Counted from the stretch's first letter, positions 46,341-54,433 are shown. The stretch: DNA of 59,010 nucleotides from a virus (IMGVR_UViG_3300030330_002105:1-59010); one strand, 5' to 3'. Program-made: numbers and translations. Notes: a model not told the origin generated them from the sequence alone.

Positions 46341-46580
46341 CTATTTGTTTAATTGGTTGAAATGATTTATCAGTAGGTCCTCACTTTCATTCAAGTAGTC
46401 TATGTAATAGTCTGCGTAATCAGAATCGATAATGCCCTGAACCTTGTCTTCCTTCATCCACTCTCTCATATCTTGAATGTTGTTAAGTGCTTCACTAAAA
46501 TCTTGATATATTATAGTTTCTTTTTGTGTATTACAGGATACTCCCATCAGTAATGCTATTGGTATTAATAAATTTTTCAT
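46341..46580 (-). CDS. Small lipoprotein
   Basis: MKNLLIPIALLMGVSC lipoprotein signal. Confidence 0.65.
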   Translation of the reverse strand: MKNLLIPIALLMGVSCNTQKETIIYQDFSEALNNIQDMREWMKEDKVQGIIDSDYADYYIDYLNESEDLLINHFNQLNK

Positions 46581-46585
46581 AGTTT

Positions 46586-46780
46586 CTATTTGTTTTGGTT
46601 AAATAATTCTCTTGCTTTAATCATTGCGTAGCTTCTCTGTTGGTAATAAGTGCCACATCTTTGACCTCTAGGTAATTTAATTACCATATCTTTTGAGCCG
46701 TAAATTGTGTCCCCTCTTAATATTCCATTTGCTATTCTCTCAATTTCTTGTAGTTCTTTTTGTGCTTGTTGTTGTGTCAT
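46586..46780 (-). CDS. Hypothetical early protein
   Basis: Conserved leader. Confidence 0.55.
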   Translation of the reverse strand: MTQQQAQKELQEIERIANGILRGDTIYGSKDMVIKLPRGQRCGTYYQQRSYAMIKARELFNQNK

Positions 46781-46794
46781 AGTTTCTAGTTTTT

Positions 46795-47013
46795 TTATTG
46801 GTTTATATTTGTTATGTCAATACACTTTTTTACTCCTAGTCCATCTGTATCCATTTGCTCTAGCTCTTGTTCGCAAATCATATCTACAATTTCATTGGCA
46901 AGTTCTGTATCTTTGAACTGTCCGTTGTCATCTAGTAAGTCTGACTTGTTTTCAAGTTCAACCTCTACCGTTGTTGTGTACGTTCTCTCTACTGTTATTT
47001 GAAATGTTTTCAT
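46795..47013 (-). CDS. Acidic hypothetical early protein
   Basis: Conserved leader. Confidence 0.55.
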   Translation of the reverse strand: MKTFQITVERTYTTTVEVELENKSDLLDDNGQFKDTELANEIVDMICEQELEQMDTDGLGVKKCIDITNINQ

Positions 47014-47040
47014 CGTTTCTAGTTTTTTATTGGTTTATAT

Positions 47041-47217
47041 TTAGTCGGGTATTATATCTTCGTCATAAGTGGTAAATACTTCATTCGATATATGTCTACC
47101 TAATTCCTTATAAAATTCTTCTACTTCTGAAGATGTGTAATCTTCTTTTAATGAATTAGCAAAGTCTATAATTCCTTCTACAAATTCTTTGTTTATTGCG
47201 TTATCCCATGCATTCAT
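47041..47217 (-). CDS. 58-aa acidic hypothetical protein
   Basis: MNAWDNAINKEF...; promoter and leader upstream. Confidence 0.6.
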   Translation of the reverse strand: MNAWDNAINKEFVEGIIDFANSLKEDYTSSEVEEFYKELGRHISNEVFTTYDEDIIPD

Positions 47218-47250
47218 AATTTCTAGTTTTTTATTGGTTTATATTTGTTT

Positions 47251-47276
47251 TACGTTGATTATTTTAAAAGGTTACA
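47251..47276 (-). promoter_or_regulatory. ECF-like promoter TGTAAC-N16-CGTA
   Basis: Motif read on - strand. Confidence 0.75.
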
Positions 47277-47512
47277 ATTTCAGTTCCATCTTCGAGGTAG
47301 TGGTAGTCATCATCTAATTCTTCCCATTCTGTCCAATAGTAATACTCATCATTAAATGCTTCATCTAGTGTTTTGTATCCTACGCTTTCAATATGTTTAA
47401 GCATTTGAGATTTATTTTTTATGTACATTTCACCGTCATTAATGCAGTAACCCTCATTCATTCCTTCGCCTGTCACATCGCATTTCCTTGCATATTTTTT
47501 TGATTGATTCAT
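47264..47512 (-). CDS. Hypothetical early protein
   Basis: ARKCD.TG.GMNEGY...YYWTEWE motif. Confidence 0.6.
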   Translation of the reverse strand: MNQSKKYARKCDVTGEGMNEGYCINDGEMYIKNKSQMLKHIESVGYKTLDEAFNDEYYYWTEWEELDDDYHYLEDGTEIVTF

Positions 47513-47542
47513 TGTCTTTAATTTAGTTGGTTTATATTGTTC

Positions 47543-47568
47543 TACGTTGGTTATTTTAAAAGGTTACA
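47543..47568 (-). promoter_or_regulatory. ECF-like promoter TGTAAC-N16-CGTA
   Basis: Near-identical to the 47251 copy including spacer. Confidence 0.75.
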
Positions 47569-47817
47569 ATTATAATAATAATATTCAAATTCATTTCTAA
47601 TATCTCTGCCTAATCTAGTATTAAAACCGTAGCTGTGAGTATGTAAATTATTAATCGGGGTTTGCTCTATCATAAAATGAAATACTTCTACTGGTTTGCA
47701 TTTATATATTTTAGATATTTTTTGACAAGCTATTTTTAATTTAGTAGGTTCGTGTCTTAATTGTCCGTAATTATTTATTAAATAATTTTTAATTCCTTTG
47801 GATGTTAAATATTTCAT
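47551..47817 (-). CDS. Hypothetical early protein
   Basis: Conserved leader. Confidence 0.55.
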   Translation of the reverse strand: MKYLTSKGIKNYLINNYGQLRHEPTKLKIACQKISKIYKCKPVEVFHFMIEQTPINNLHTHSYGFNTRLGRDIRNEFEYYYYNCNLLK

Positions 47818-47836
47818 AGTTTCTAGTTTTTAGTTA

Positions 47837-48049
47837 TTAATCGAAAATAAAATCTGTTAAGCCTTTCATCCCTACAAAGGGCAATTCTTTTTGAACCTCT
47901 GCCGGACATTTTATTTTGTCGTATCCCTGTACTTCTTCGATCAAAATTAATTCTTCATTGCTTTTAATTGTTCCTTCTTTTTTGTTGGTGTAGATAAAGA
48001 TTGCTTTACCATTTGCCAATTCAATTTGTTGTTTGTTGTATCCTTCCAT
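47837..48049 (-). CDS. Hypothetical early protein
   Basis: Conserved leader. Confidence 0.55.
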   Translation of the reverse strand: MEGYNKQQIELANGKAIFIYTNKKEGTIKSNEELILIEEVQGYDKIKCPAEVQKELPFVGMKGLTDFIFD

Positions 48050-48071
48050 AGTTTCTATTTATTTAATTGGT

Positions 48072-48467
48072 TTATAACTTATTGTTTTTCCTAATTATTT
48101 CTTCAGCCACCGTTACTCTACCGACCAAAGAAGAAACCTCATCATAATAGTCTGCGTGCTTGATGTAGTGTTTTTTCTCATCTATCTTTTTGTACTCAGG
48201 CTCAGGCTCGTTTAGTTTAAGGTGTTCTAGAATTCTTTTCGACCTCTCTAATTCTATTTCAATCTCTTCGATAGGTGTTTCAGAATACACCCATTTCCAA
48301 TATCCCGTAGCTCCCATCATAATATACAACGCTCCCTCTAACCCAGATAGATATCCTAAATCGTACAAAGAGTCTTCTGATTGGTGAAATCCACCATGCT
48401 CTTTAACTATCCTATCCTTTTGCCGTTGAATTCTTTTCATTAATTGAAGTTTCTTAAGTTCATCCAT
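48072..48467 (-). CDS. Hypothetical early protein
   Basis: Conserved leader. Confidence 0.55.
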   Translation of the reverse strand: MDELKKLQLMKRIQRQKDRIVKEHGGFHQSEDSLYDLGYLSGLEGALYIMMGATGYWKWVYSETPIEEIEIELERSKRILEHLKLNEPEPEYKKIDEKKHYIKHADYYDEVSSLVGRVTVAEEIIRKNNKL

Positions 48468-48469
48468 AA

Positions 48470-48562
48470 CTATTTATTTAATTGGTTTATAAATTCTTTT
48501 AGTTTTTTAGTTGGTTCGTTACTATTGAGTAAGTCTTCGATTTGTTTCTGTATTGTGTTCAT
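48470..48562 (-). CDS. 30-aa peptide ending NQLNK
   Basis: ATG 9 nt after the CGTA of the upstream promoter. Confidence 0.4.
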   Translation of the reverse strand: MNTIQKQIEDLLNSNEPTKKLKEFINQLNK

Positions 48563-48571
48563 ATATTGTTT

Positions 48572-48597
48572 TACGTTGGTTAATTTATTTTGTTACA
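48572..48597 (-). promoter_or_regulatory. ECF-like promoter TGTAAC-N16-CGTA
   Basis: Motif read on - strand. Confidence 0.75.
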
Positions 48598-48602
48598 TTT
48601 AT

Positions 48603-49181
48603 TTAAAATTTATTTCTTATTGATGACCAAATAATCGCCTGATATTCGAAGCCCTTTAACCCTAGCTTATCGGCTTTCTTGATGGTTAATTTTTGTATCT
48701 GATTGTATGCTAATTTCCCACAGCTAGCCATAGTTTTATTAAAACACGCTCTCAGGTGCCAAACGTCAGTAGTTACAAAGTTGTTATCTAAATGAGCAAT
48801 ATTGTTTACAAAAGCAAATGTTTTTTGACTGTCAGCTGAGATTACTTTGTTTCCTTTGGCAATCTCGAAGGCTTTAAACTTGTTCGTGTGAAACGTGCAG
48901 ACCTTAATATCATTAGCCTCCTTGCCCTCTTGTACTGCCTGAAATACTTTGTAAGCGTCTTTTATGTTTTGTTCCCATTTGTTACGTGGACTTAGTGCTG
49001 ATATTACACTTGCACCAATCAACTCTGTTGTATTAAACTTTTGTGCAATATCTTTGCAAATCTCATTTGCTTTTTTGTACCACTCCAACCCCTCTGAAAT
49101 TTCTTCTTTGGTCGCTAGATTAAACCACTTATCCAAGTTCTTAGATATTTTATTTAGTTGGTATTTAGTTAATTGCTTCAT
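48603..49181 (-). CDS. Conserved phage protein, possible HhH-glycosylase-like fold
   Basis: WY..A, ISALSP...W..N, K..AF..NI, VT.D.WH, QA.IW motifs. Confidence 0.5.
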   Translation of the reverse strand: MKQLTKYQLNKISKNLDKWFNLATKEEISEGLEWYKKANEICKDIAQKFNTTELIGASVISALSPRNKWEQNIKDAYKVFQAVQEGKEANDIKVCTFHTNKFKAFEIAKGNKVISADSQKTFAFVNNIAHLDNNFVTTDVWHLRACFNKTMASCGKLAYNQIQKLTIKKADKLGLKGFEYQAIIWSSIRNKF

Positions 49182-49213
49182 AATTATTGTTTATTGGTTT
49201 GTTTGATTAGTTA

Positions 49214-49239
49214 AACGGAGTAGCCAAATAAAGGTTTCA
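49214..49239 (-). promoter_or_regulatory. ECF-like promoter variant TGAAAC-N16-CGTT
   Basis: Motif read on - strand ahead of conserved leader. Confidence 0.6.
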
Positions 49240-49246
49240 ATTATTT

Positions 49247-49513
49247 CTATTTTTTAGTCGTTAATAATTCGTTTAATTGATTTTCTAACAATTCTGTTTT
49301 CATATCGTTAATCGTTTTTTTCTTTAAAATTGTTAGTAATTTATTTTCCTTATGTAAACCTCTAACCGTTTTATCTAATTCCATATTCAAAATTTGACCC
49401 CTTTGATTATAACCATTTTCAAAAGCTATACTTGATTTGTTAAATGATAAATTGTGTAAAAACCATTCGTGTAATTCTAAATTTTTCTGTTCTGCTTTGC
49501 TTAAATCTGTCAT
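49247..49513 (-). CDS. First gene of the - strand arm, hypothetical
   Basis: Conserved leader. Confidence 0.55.
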   Translation of the reverse strand: MTDLSKAEQKNLELHEWFLHNLSFNKSSIAFENGYNQRGQILNMELDKTVRGLHKENKLLTILKKKTINDMKTELLENQLNELLTTKK

Positions 49514-49586
49514 AATTATTGTTTATTGGTTGTTTTGTTTGATGTTGCTAATGTAACTATAAATCCAAATACAATGTTTCAATTTT

Positions 49587-49637
49587 TAGACGAACCCCAG
49601 CAGATTTTCGACAAATTGTCTTTATTAATCGATAAAC
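49587..49637. repeat. Three 9-bp direct repeats at 21-bp period
   Basis: TAGACGAAC, TCGACAAAT, TCGATAAAC at 49587, 49608, 49629. Confidence 0.65.
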
Positions 49638-49925
49638 ATCAATTGACACATAATGACACAATTTAAACTCAATGCAACTCGCTGAAAATCAGTAACTTAT
49701 AACGATATCTCTAGTGTTGAGTACGTGAAATGTCTTCTACCTTAAAATAAGAGAGGGGGGGTTATTCCTTTGTTAGGTGTATCTAATAAAGTTTTTAGTC
49801 TTATCTAAATATAAATTTAGGCGTGTCTAAAAATAACTATCTAGAATATTAGTCAGTAATGACTAGACTATTTGTATTGTTAACTAGATGTAGAGTAATA
49901 TGTTATGTATGCATACTATTATTTG

Positions 49926-49998
49926 CAGATAAACATCAAAAAGTTTGTAGACCAATACAGTTAAACCATAGACCAATACGCCAAAAGAATAGACGAAC
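49926..49998. repeat. Four 9-bp direct repeats at 21-22-bp period
   Basis: CAGATAAAC, TAGACCAAT, TAGACCAAT, TAGACGAAC at 49926, 49948, 49969, 49990. Confidence 0.65.
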
Positions 49999-50163
49999 CG
50001 TACAAAAAAAGCCAAAAAATCCGAGTGCGTAGGTCAAAACAGTACCCCCCTTCGATTGACAGGTCGTTTTCCTTTAAAGGTGGCAGCACGTATATTAGTA
50101 TATAACCCAAACCCCCTGTATATGTGATATATATTTATGCCCTACATTTTGTATCTTTGATAT

Positions 50164-50268
50164 ATGTTAGATCTACCTATATAGGTGGGGAAGGCTCAGG
50201 CTGTACCCTACCAGGAGAGACGAGCAGTTTTGGTTAGAGCCCAATACTGGTTAGGGGTACGGTCTTTA
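50164..50268 (+). ncRNA. Candidate structured ncRNA
   Basis: TATCTTTG promoter at 50152; GC-rich, no useful ORF; long stem 50199-50214/50247-50264. Confidence 0.45.
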
Positions 50269-50305
50269 TAGAAATAATTATTATCTTTGTATAAATAAAG
50301 AAATT

Positions 50306-50506
50306 ATGAAACTAACAGGTAATCCAAATTACGATCATGACTACACGGTAAAGAATGGTAGGTTGATCAATAACGCACCACCTCTTGAGATGGGTATCAC
50401 TAAAATGTGTAACATGAAAAAATCTAAGAAGAGGATGGAAAAGATACTTATGAAGGTCGAGGCTGATGAGATAGCCGAAGAGAGAAGACGCTTCATGGAT
50501 AGATAA
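50306..50506 (+). CDS. Hypothetical protein
   Basis: TATCTTTG at 50282 upstream, hairpin downstream. Confidence 0.6.
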   Translation: MKLTGNPNYDHDYTVKNGRLINNAPPLEMGITKMCNMKKSKKRMEKILMKVEADEIAEERRRFMDR

Positions 50507-50527
50507 AAAGTTTGTGTGTTCCATAGT

Positions 50528-50572
50528 ATAGGGAGGGTGGCAGCTGGTCTGTTGTTCTCCCTATTTTGGTTT
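50528..50572 (+). terminator. Long hairpin / terminator
   Basis: ATAGGGAGGGTGGCAG / CTGTTGTTCTCCCTAT followed by T-rich tract. Confidence 0.65.
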
Positions 50573-50598
50573 ATATAGTTCTTAACAAGGAAAAGTTT

Positions 50599-50637
50599 TG
50601 TCACAGAAATGTCACAGAAATGTCATGAAATGTGGAG
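50599..50637. repeat. Tandem TGTCACAGAAA repeats (two perfect, further degenerate)
   Basis: tgtcacagaaa tgtcacagaaa tgtcatgaaa tgtggag. Confidence 0.7.
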
Positions 50638-50711
50638 TAAGTAAAAAATTACGTCTAACTGTTAAGTGAAAATAAACGTTTATAACCGTTTAAAAACGGA
50701 TAAATAGGTAA

Positions 50712-50905
50712 AATATTCCAGATACAAGGGGTATATTCCAGATAGATTCCAGATATATTCCACATAGAAGAGAGCTAACTTGCTGATAATCAGAGGGATG
50801 TCACTTATGTCACTTATTTTCCTTACGTATAGGGAAAAAAAAATATTTATAGTCTATAAAAAGTATAGGGTAATAGGAGGTGTTTTTTTTGGATTATGTG
50901 GAATG
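50712..50905. repeat. Ori-like element copy 2
   Basis: Iterons at 50712, 50732, 50743, 50754; same architecture as 40778-40970. Confidence 0.7.
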
Positions 50906-50990
50906 GCTACTTTTTAAATTATTTTAGGAGGGTGCACTTTTTGTACAAAATAAATATATATATTTGCTGGTATAACTAAAATCTAATTCA

Positions 50991-52574
50991 ATGATAGTAA
51001 AACAAGTAAGCTTCGATAGCGAAGCAAGGCAAGATCTAATAGATGGCATTAACGTACTTGCCGATGCCGTAAAGAGTACACTAGGGGCTAGAGGTCAAAC
51101 GGTCCTTATAGAATCAGAGAATCATACTAAGGGTATAACGGTTACCAAGGATGGGGTAACGGTGGCTAAGAGTATTAACCTACTACACCCTACACAGAAC
51201 CTAGCGGTGTCTATGATGAAGGAGGCCGCTGATAAGACGGCTATATCCGCAGGGGATGGAACAACTACTGCTATTGTTATTACACAGGCGATTGTGCTAG
51301 AGGCACAGAAACGTATTAAGCCACATATGAATATAACCGATATTATCCGTGCTATACAGGCTAGTAGTGAGTACGTGGTGAAGGAGCTAGGGAAAAAAGC
51401 TAAGAAGGTAAATGGGAAGAGATTGTTAGACGTGGCGACTATATCATCAAATAATGACAAGGAGCTTGGGGATATTATTGCTAAGGCATACCAAGAGGTT
51501 GGTGATGACGGGGTGGTAACGGTAGAGAATGCTCGTGGGGCATATACCTACTCAGAGATAACTAACGGTATGAAGATTGACCGTGGGTATAGTAGTAAGT
51601 ATTTTATTACCGACCATAAGAAGGCCGAGTGTGTACTGCATAACCCGTATGTGCTGGTTACCGACCAGGAAATAAACCACCTTACAAATATTCCAGAGCA
51701 TGTGCTAAAGGCAGTAATTAGCTCTAACAGGCCGTTATTGATTATTGGGACCTTAACCCCACAGGCATTAAATTCGTTCAATGTGAACGTAGCTAAGGGT
51801 ATAATAAAGGGTTGTAGCATCATCCCTCCGCAGTTTGGGTGGAAGTCACACGAGCTAATGGAAGATATTGCTACCGCTACAGGGGCTACCTACTTCTCAG
51901 AGGATACAGGGGATAATCTGGAGGTAATACAGGTATCTGACCTTGGAAAGGCTAAGAAGGCTATTATATCACAGGAAGGGACCGTCCTGGTGAAGAACGA
52001 TGAGCAGAACATACACGTAGAGAATAGAGTGGCCGACCTATGGGAGGAGTATGAAACACACACCATTGAGGACCAGAAAGAGTTCCTGAAGGAAAGAATA
52101 GCTATTATGACAGGCGGTGTAGGGGTAATACACGTAGGGGCTAAGTCAGATATTGAGCAGAAAGAGAAAAGAGATAGGGTTGATGATGCCGTGTGTGCTA
52201 CACGAGCCGCTATTGAGCAAGGAATCCTACCAGGCGGTGGTATCGCACTACTTGAAATTGCTTCGGACCTCGCTGGGCGAGGTAGTAGTGAGAGTGAGAG
52301 GGTTGCTAATGCTATACTAGCGGATGCTATAAAGGCCCCGTTCCGACAGATTCTAACCAATGCAGGACTCGATGCTAAAGATATTGAGCCTAATTTAGAC
52401 CCAGGTGTAGGGTATGATGTAAAGGCCGATAGATATGGGAACATGATTAAGCTGGGGATCATAGACCCAATGAAGGTTACTAAGAACGCCCTAGAGAATG
52501 CCGTATCGGTAGCGACAACCATAATGTCAACTAATGCAATAATAACAAATGTGAGAGACTATGAAAGATCATAA
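50991..52574 (+). CDS. groEL: Chaperonin GroEL
   Basis: TLGARG, TKDGVTVAK, AGDGTTTA, GILPGGG, GIIDP.KV...AL.NA.SVA. Confidence 0.97.
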   Translation: MIVKQVSFDSEARQDLIDGINVLADAVKSTLGARGQTVLIESENHTKGITVTKDGVTVAKSINLLHPTQNLAVSMMKEAADKTAISAGDGTTTAIVITQAIVLEAQKRIKPHMNITDIIRAIQASSEYVVKELGKKAKKVNGKRLLDVATISSNNDKELGDIIAKAYQEVGDDGVVTVENARGAYTYSEITNGMKIDRGYSSKYFITDHKKAECVLHNPYVLVTDQEINHLTNIPEHVLKAVISSNRPLLIIGTLTPQALNSFNVNVAKGIIKGCSIIPPQFGWKSHELMEDIATATGATYFSEDTGDNLEVIQVSDLGKAKKAIISQEGTVLVKNDEQNIHVENRVADLWEEYETHTIEDQKEFLKERIAIMTGGVGVIHVGAKSDIEQKEKRDRVDDAVCATRAAIEQGILPGGGIALLEIASDLAGRGSSESERVANAILADAIKAPFRQILTNAGLDAKDIEPNLDPGVGYDVKADRYGNMIKLGIIDPMKVTKNALENAVSVATTIMSTNAIITNVRDYERS

Positions 52575-52734
52575 GCTAGAAATTGTAAGGTACGAGTACG
52601 ATGGTGAAAATATTGTTATAAAAATGATAAAGCTATTGGATGAAAATGATAAATATGTTAAGTTCGTCAAACTGAAAGATGTGGTGCCTTACTTATCAAA
52701 AATGAATGTAAAATTTAAAAAACAAATAAAATGA
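52561..52734 (+). CDS. 57-aa hypothetical protein
   Basis: Overlaps groEL end, ATGA-coupled to next gene. Confidence 0.55.
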   Translation: MKDHKLEIVRYEYDGENIVIKMIKLLDENDKYVKFVKLKDVVPYLSKMNVKFKKQIK

Positions 52735-53066
52735 AAACACTAAAAGATTTAGGTAAAAAACATTATGAAAAAATACACTACTCATTTGATATACACTATT
52801 ACCCAAACAGGGATGAGGATATGTATGTTGGTATTTTGAAAAATATCATGGAAATAAGAGGGTATGAAATAAGATTAAAAGATCTAACAATTGAGGGCTT
52901 GGTTAAAAAGGCAGATGATTTTTTAACTATGTGTAAATCAATAAGAGTAAATCGTGAAGGAATGAAATTTCAAGTAATTCAATGGAATCTTGATAATCCT
53001 GAAGATATGAAATTTTCTTTAGAAACTTATAATGATCTAAAAACAAAAAAGGCAGTTAACCAATGA
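52731..53066 (+). CDS. Hypothetical protein
   Basis: Between groEL and groES. Confidence 0.55.
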   Translation: MKTLKDLGKKHYEKIHYSFDIHYYPNRDEDMYVGILKNIMEIRGYEIRLKDLTIEGLVKKADDFLTMCKSIRVNREGMKFQVIQWNLDNPEDMKFSLETYNDLKTKKAVNQ

Positions 53067-53320
53067 AAGCGGTAGGTAAGTATATAATCATTGAAAACCT
53101 CAGCGAGGAGGTAACCACGGGGAGTGGATTAATTCTAACGGGTGATGATGTAAGTAAGCTAAGATATAGAAAAAGTAAGGTAGTAAGTGCAGGCACGGAT
53201 GTGGATTGTGTGAAGGATGGTGACATCATATACCACGACTCACGAGCTGGACACAAGGTGAAGCTGGAGGATAATGTATATGGGGTAATACTAGAGAGAG
53301 AGGTAGTGATAAAAATGTAA
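53063..53320 (+). CDS. groES: Co-chaperonin GroES
   Basis: T.SGLIL mobile loop, VVSAG, VKDGD.I. Confidence 0.9.
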   Translation: MKAVGKYIIIENLSEEVTTGSGLILTGDDVSKLRYRKSKVVSAGTDVDCVKDGDIIYHDSRAGHKVKLEDNVYGVILEREVVIKM

Positions 53321-53340
53321 TTTATTATTACCTTTGTAGT

Positions 53341-53607
53341 GTGGCACTAGGACGTACAGCAAAATATTACAGGGACAACCCAGAGGCTAGAGAGAAAAGG
53401 CTAGCATACCAAAGGGATTACAATAAGAAAAACGTAAAGTACCGACAGCGACTTAATAAGTTCAACAGGCAGAAAGGTACATACGGAAACGGTGATGGAT
53501 TAGATGCGTGTCATAAAGAGGTTAAGGGTAAAATAAAAATTGTTTTGTGTAGGATGAAAAAAAATCGTGCCGACAAGAAACAAAGAAAACAACAATCTAA
53601 TGGCTAA
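53341..53607 (+). CDS. Small basic protein, HNH-like remnant possible
   Basis: GDGLDACH...NR; GTG start 4 nt after TACCTTTG (53329-53336). Confidence 0.5.
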   Translation: MALGRTAKYYRDNPEAREKRLAYQRDYNKKNVKYRQRLNKFNRQKGTYGNGDGLDACHKEVKGKIKIVLCRMKKNRADKKQRKQQSNG

Positions 53608-53773
53608 AAATAATAAGATATGTTCATCTGGACTAAATTGGCTTGATGGTAAAAAAATTGGAGGACAAAAAGTTTTTCGTGGTAAAGACGGAAAGTGGAA
53701 CAATTGGTCTGCTAGAGCTGCACAGCTAGCTTCAAAATATTGCAAAGACCCTAACTTTGGTAGAAAAAAATAA
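53600..53773 (+). CDS. Small basic protein
   Basis: Start moved to ATG 53600. Confidence 0.55.
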   Translation: MAKNNKICSSGLNWLDGKKIGGQKVFRGKDGKWNNWSARAAQLASKYCKDPNFGRKK

Positions 53774-53785
53774 AAAAAATAAACA

Positions 53786-53920
53786 ATGGCTGAAAAAAAA
53801 TTTAAACCACACATGATGTATAAAGGCTGTAAAGGAGAAATGGCTTTTAAATTAAAGGATCATTTACGACTAGAAAAAAAAGGTTACGGTCACAAAAAAA
53901 GTAAATCTTGTAAAAAATGA
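53786..53920 (+). CDS. 44-aa Lys-rich protein
   Basis: MAEKKFKPHMMY...; tiles the cluster. Confidence 0.6.
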   Translation: MAEKKFKPHMMYKGCKGEMAFKLKDHLRLEKKGYGHKKSKSCKK

Positions 53921-54039
53921 GTAAACTAACTAATAGACAAAAGAAAATAGCTAAAATGGCTCCTCCTTACAATGTAATAACAGGGGCTGATTTTAAAATG
54001 TTAAAAAAAAATAAAAAGTTAAAAACCAAAAAAAAATAA
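53917..54039 (+). CDS. 40-aa Lys-rich protein
   Basis: MSKLTNRQKKIAKMAPPYNVITGADFKML...; ATGA-coupled. Confidence 0.6.
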   Translation: MSKLTNRQKKIAKMAPPYNVITGADFKMLKKNKKLKTKKK

Positions 54040-54044
54040 AAGTT

Positions 54045-54197
54045 ATGCCAACAGTAAAAACAAAAGAAGGTAAAAAAACATTTCCATACAATGCCGTAGG
54101 TAAAGCCCAGGCGGATTCATTTGCTAGAATGACAAAAGGAAAGATTAAGTATAATCCTGGTTACGGAATGGATAAAAGCACTAAATCTAGCTACTAG
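54045..54197 (+). CDS. 50-aa basic protein
   Basis: MPTVKTKEGKKTFPYNAVG... Confidence 0.6.
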   Translation: MPTVKTKEGKKTFPYNAVGKAQADSFARMTKGKIKYNPGYGMDKSTKSSY

Positions 54198-54433
54198 TGG
54201 GTAAATTAAAAAAATGGGCTGAACAGAAATGGGTTAGGATTGGAACTGATGGTTCCATACTTGGCCCATGTGGTACAGGAAAAAAGACAGGTAACCCTGA
54301 CCGATGTTTACCATTAGCTAAAGCTAAGAGTTTATCCAAATCTGAAAGAGCAGCTACGGCCACAAAAAAGAAACGATTTGGTAAAAACAAACAGGTTGTT
54401 TCTAATACTCCAAAAGCAAAAGTAAAAAGTTAG
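54197..54433 (+). CDS. Small basic protein
   Basis: LKKW..QKWV...C...CLP..KA..LS..ER motif. Confidence 0.6.
   Translation: MGKLKKWAEQKWVRIGTDGSILGPCGTGKKTGNPDRCLPLAKAKSLSKSERAATATKKKRFGKNKQVVSNTPKAKVKS

Noticed and set aside
49547-49581. Tenth ECF-like promoter
   Set aside because: TGAAAC is present on the - strand but there is no CGT at 16-17 nt; only a degenerate TACATTAG -7-like element
50164-50268. tRNA or hammerhead ribozyme
   Set aside because: No cloverleaf or T-loop consensus; no CUGANGA/GAAA core
51890-52522. 210-aa antisense ORF and other shadow ORFs in the track
   Set aside because: They lie opposite well-supported genes such as groEL, portal and primase; typical antisense shadows
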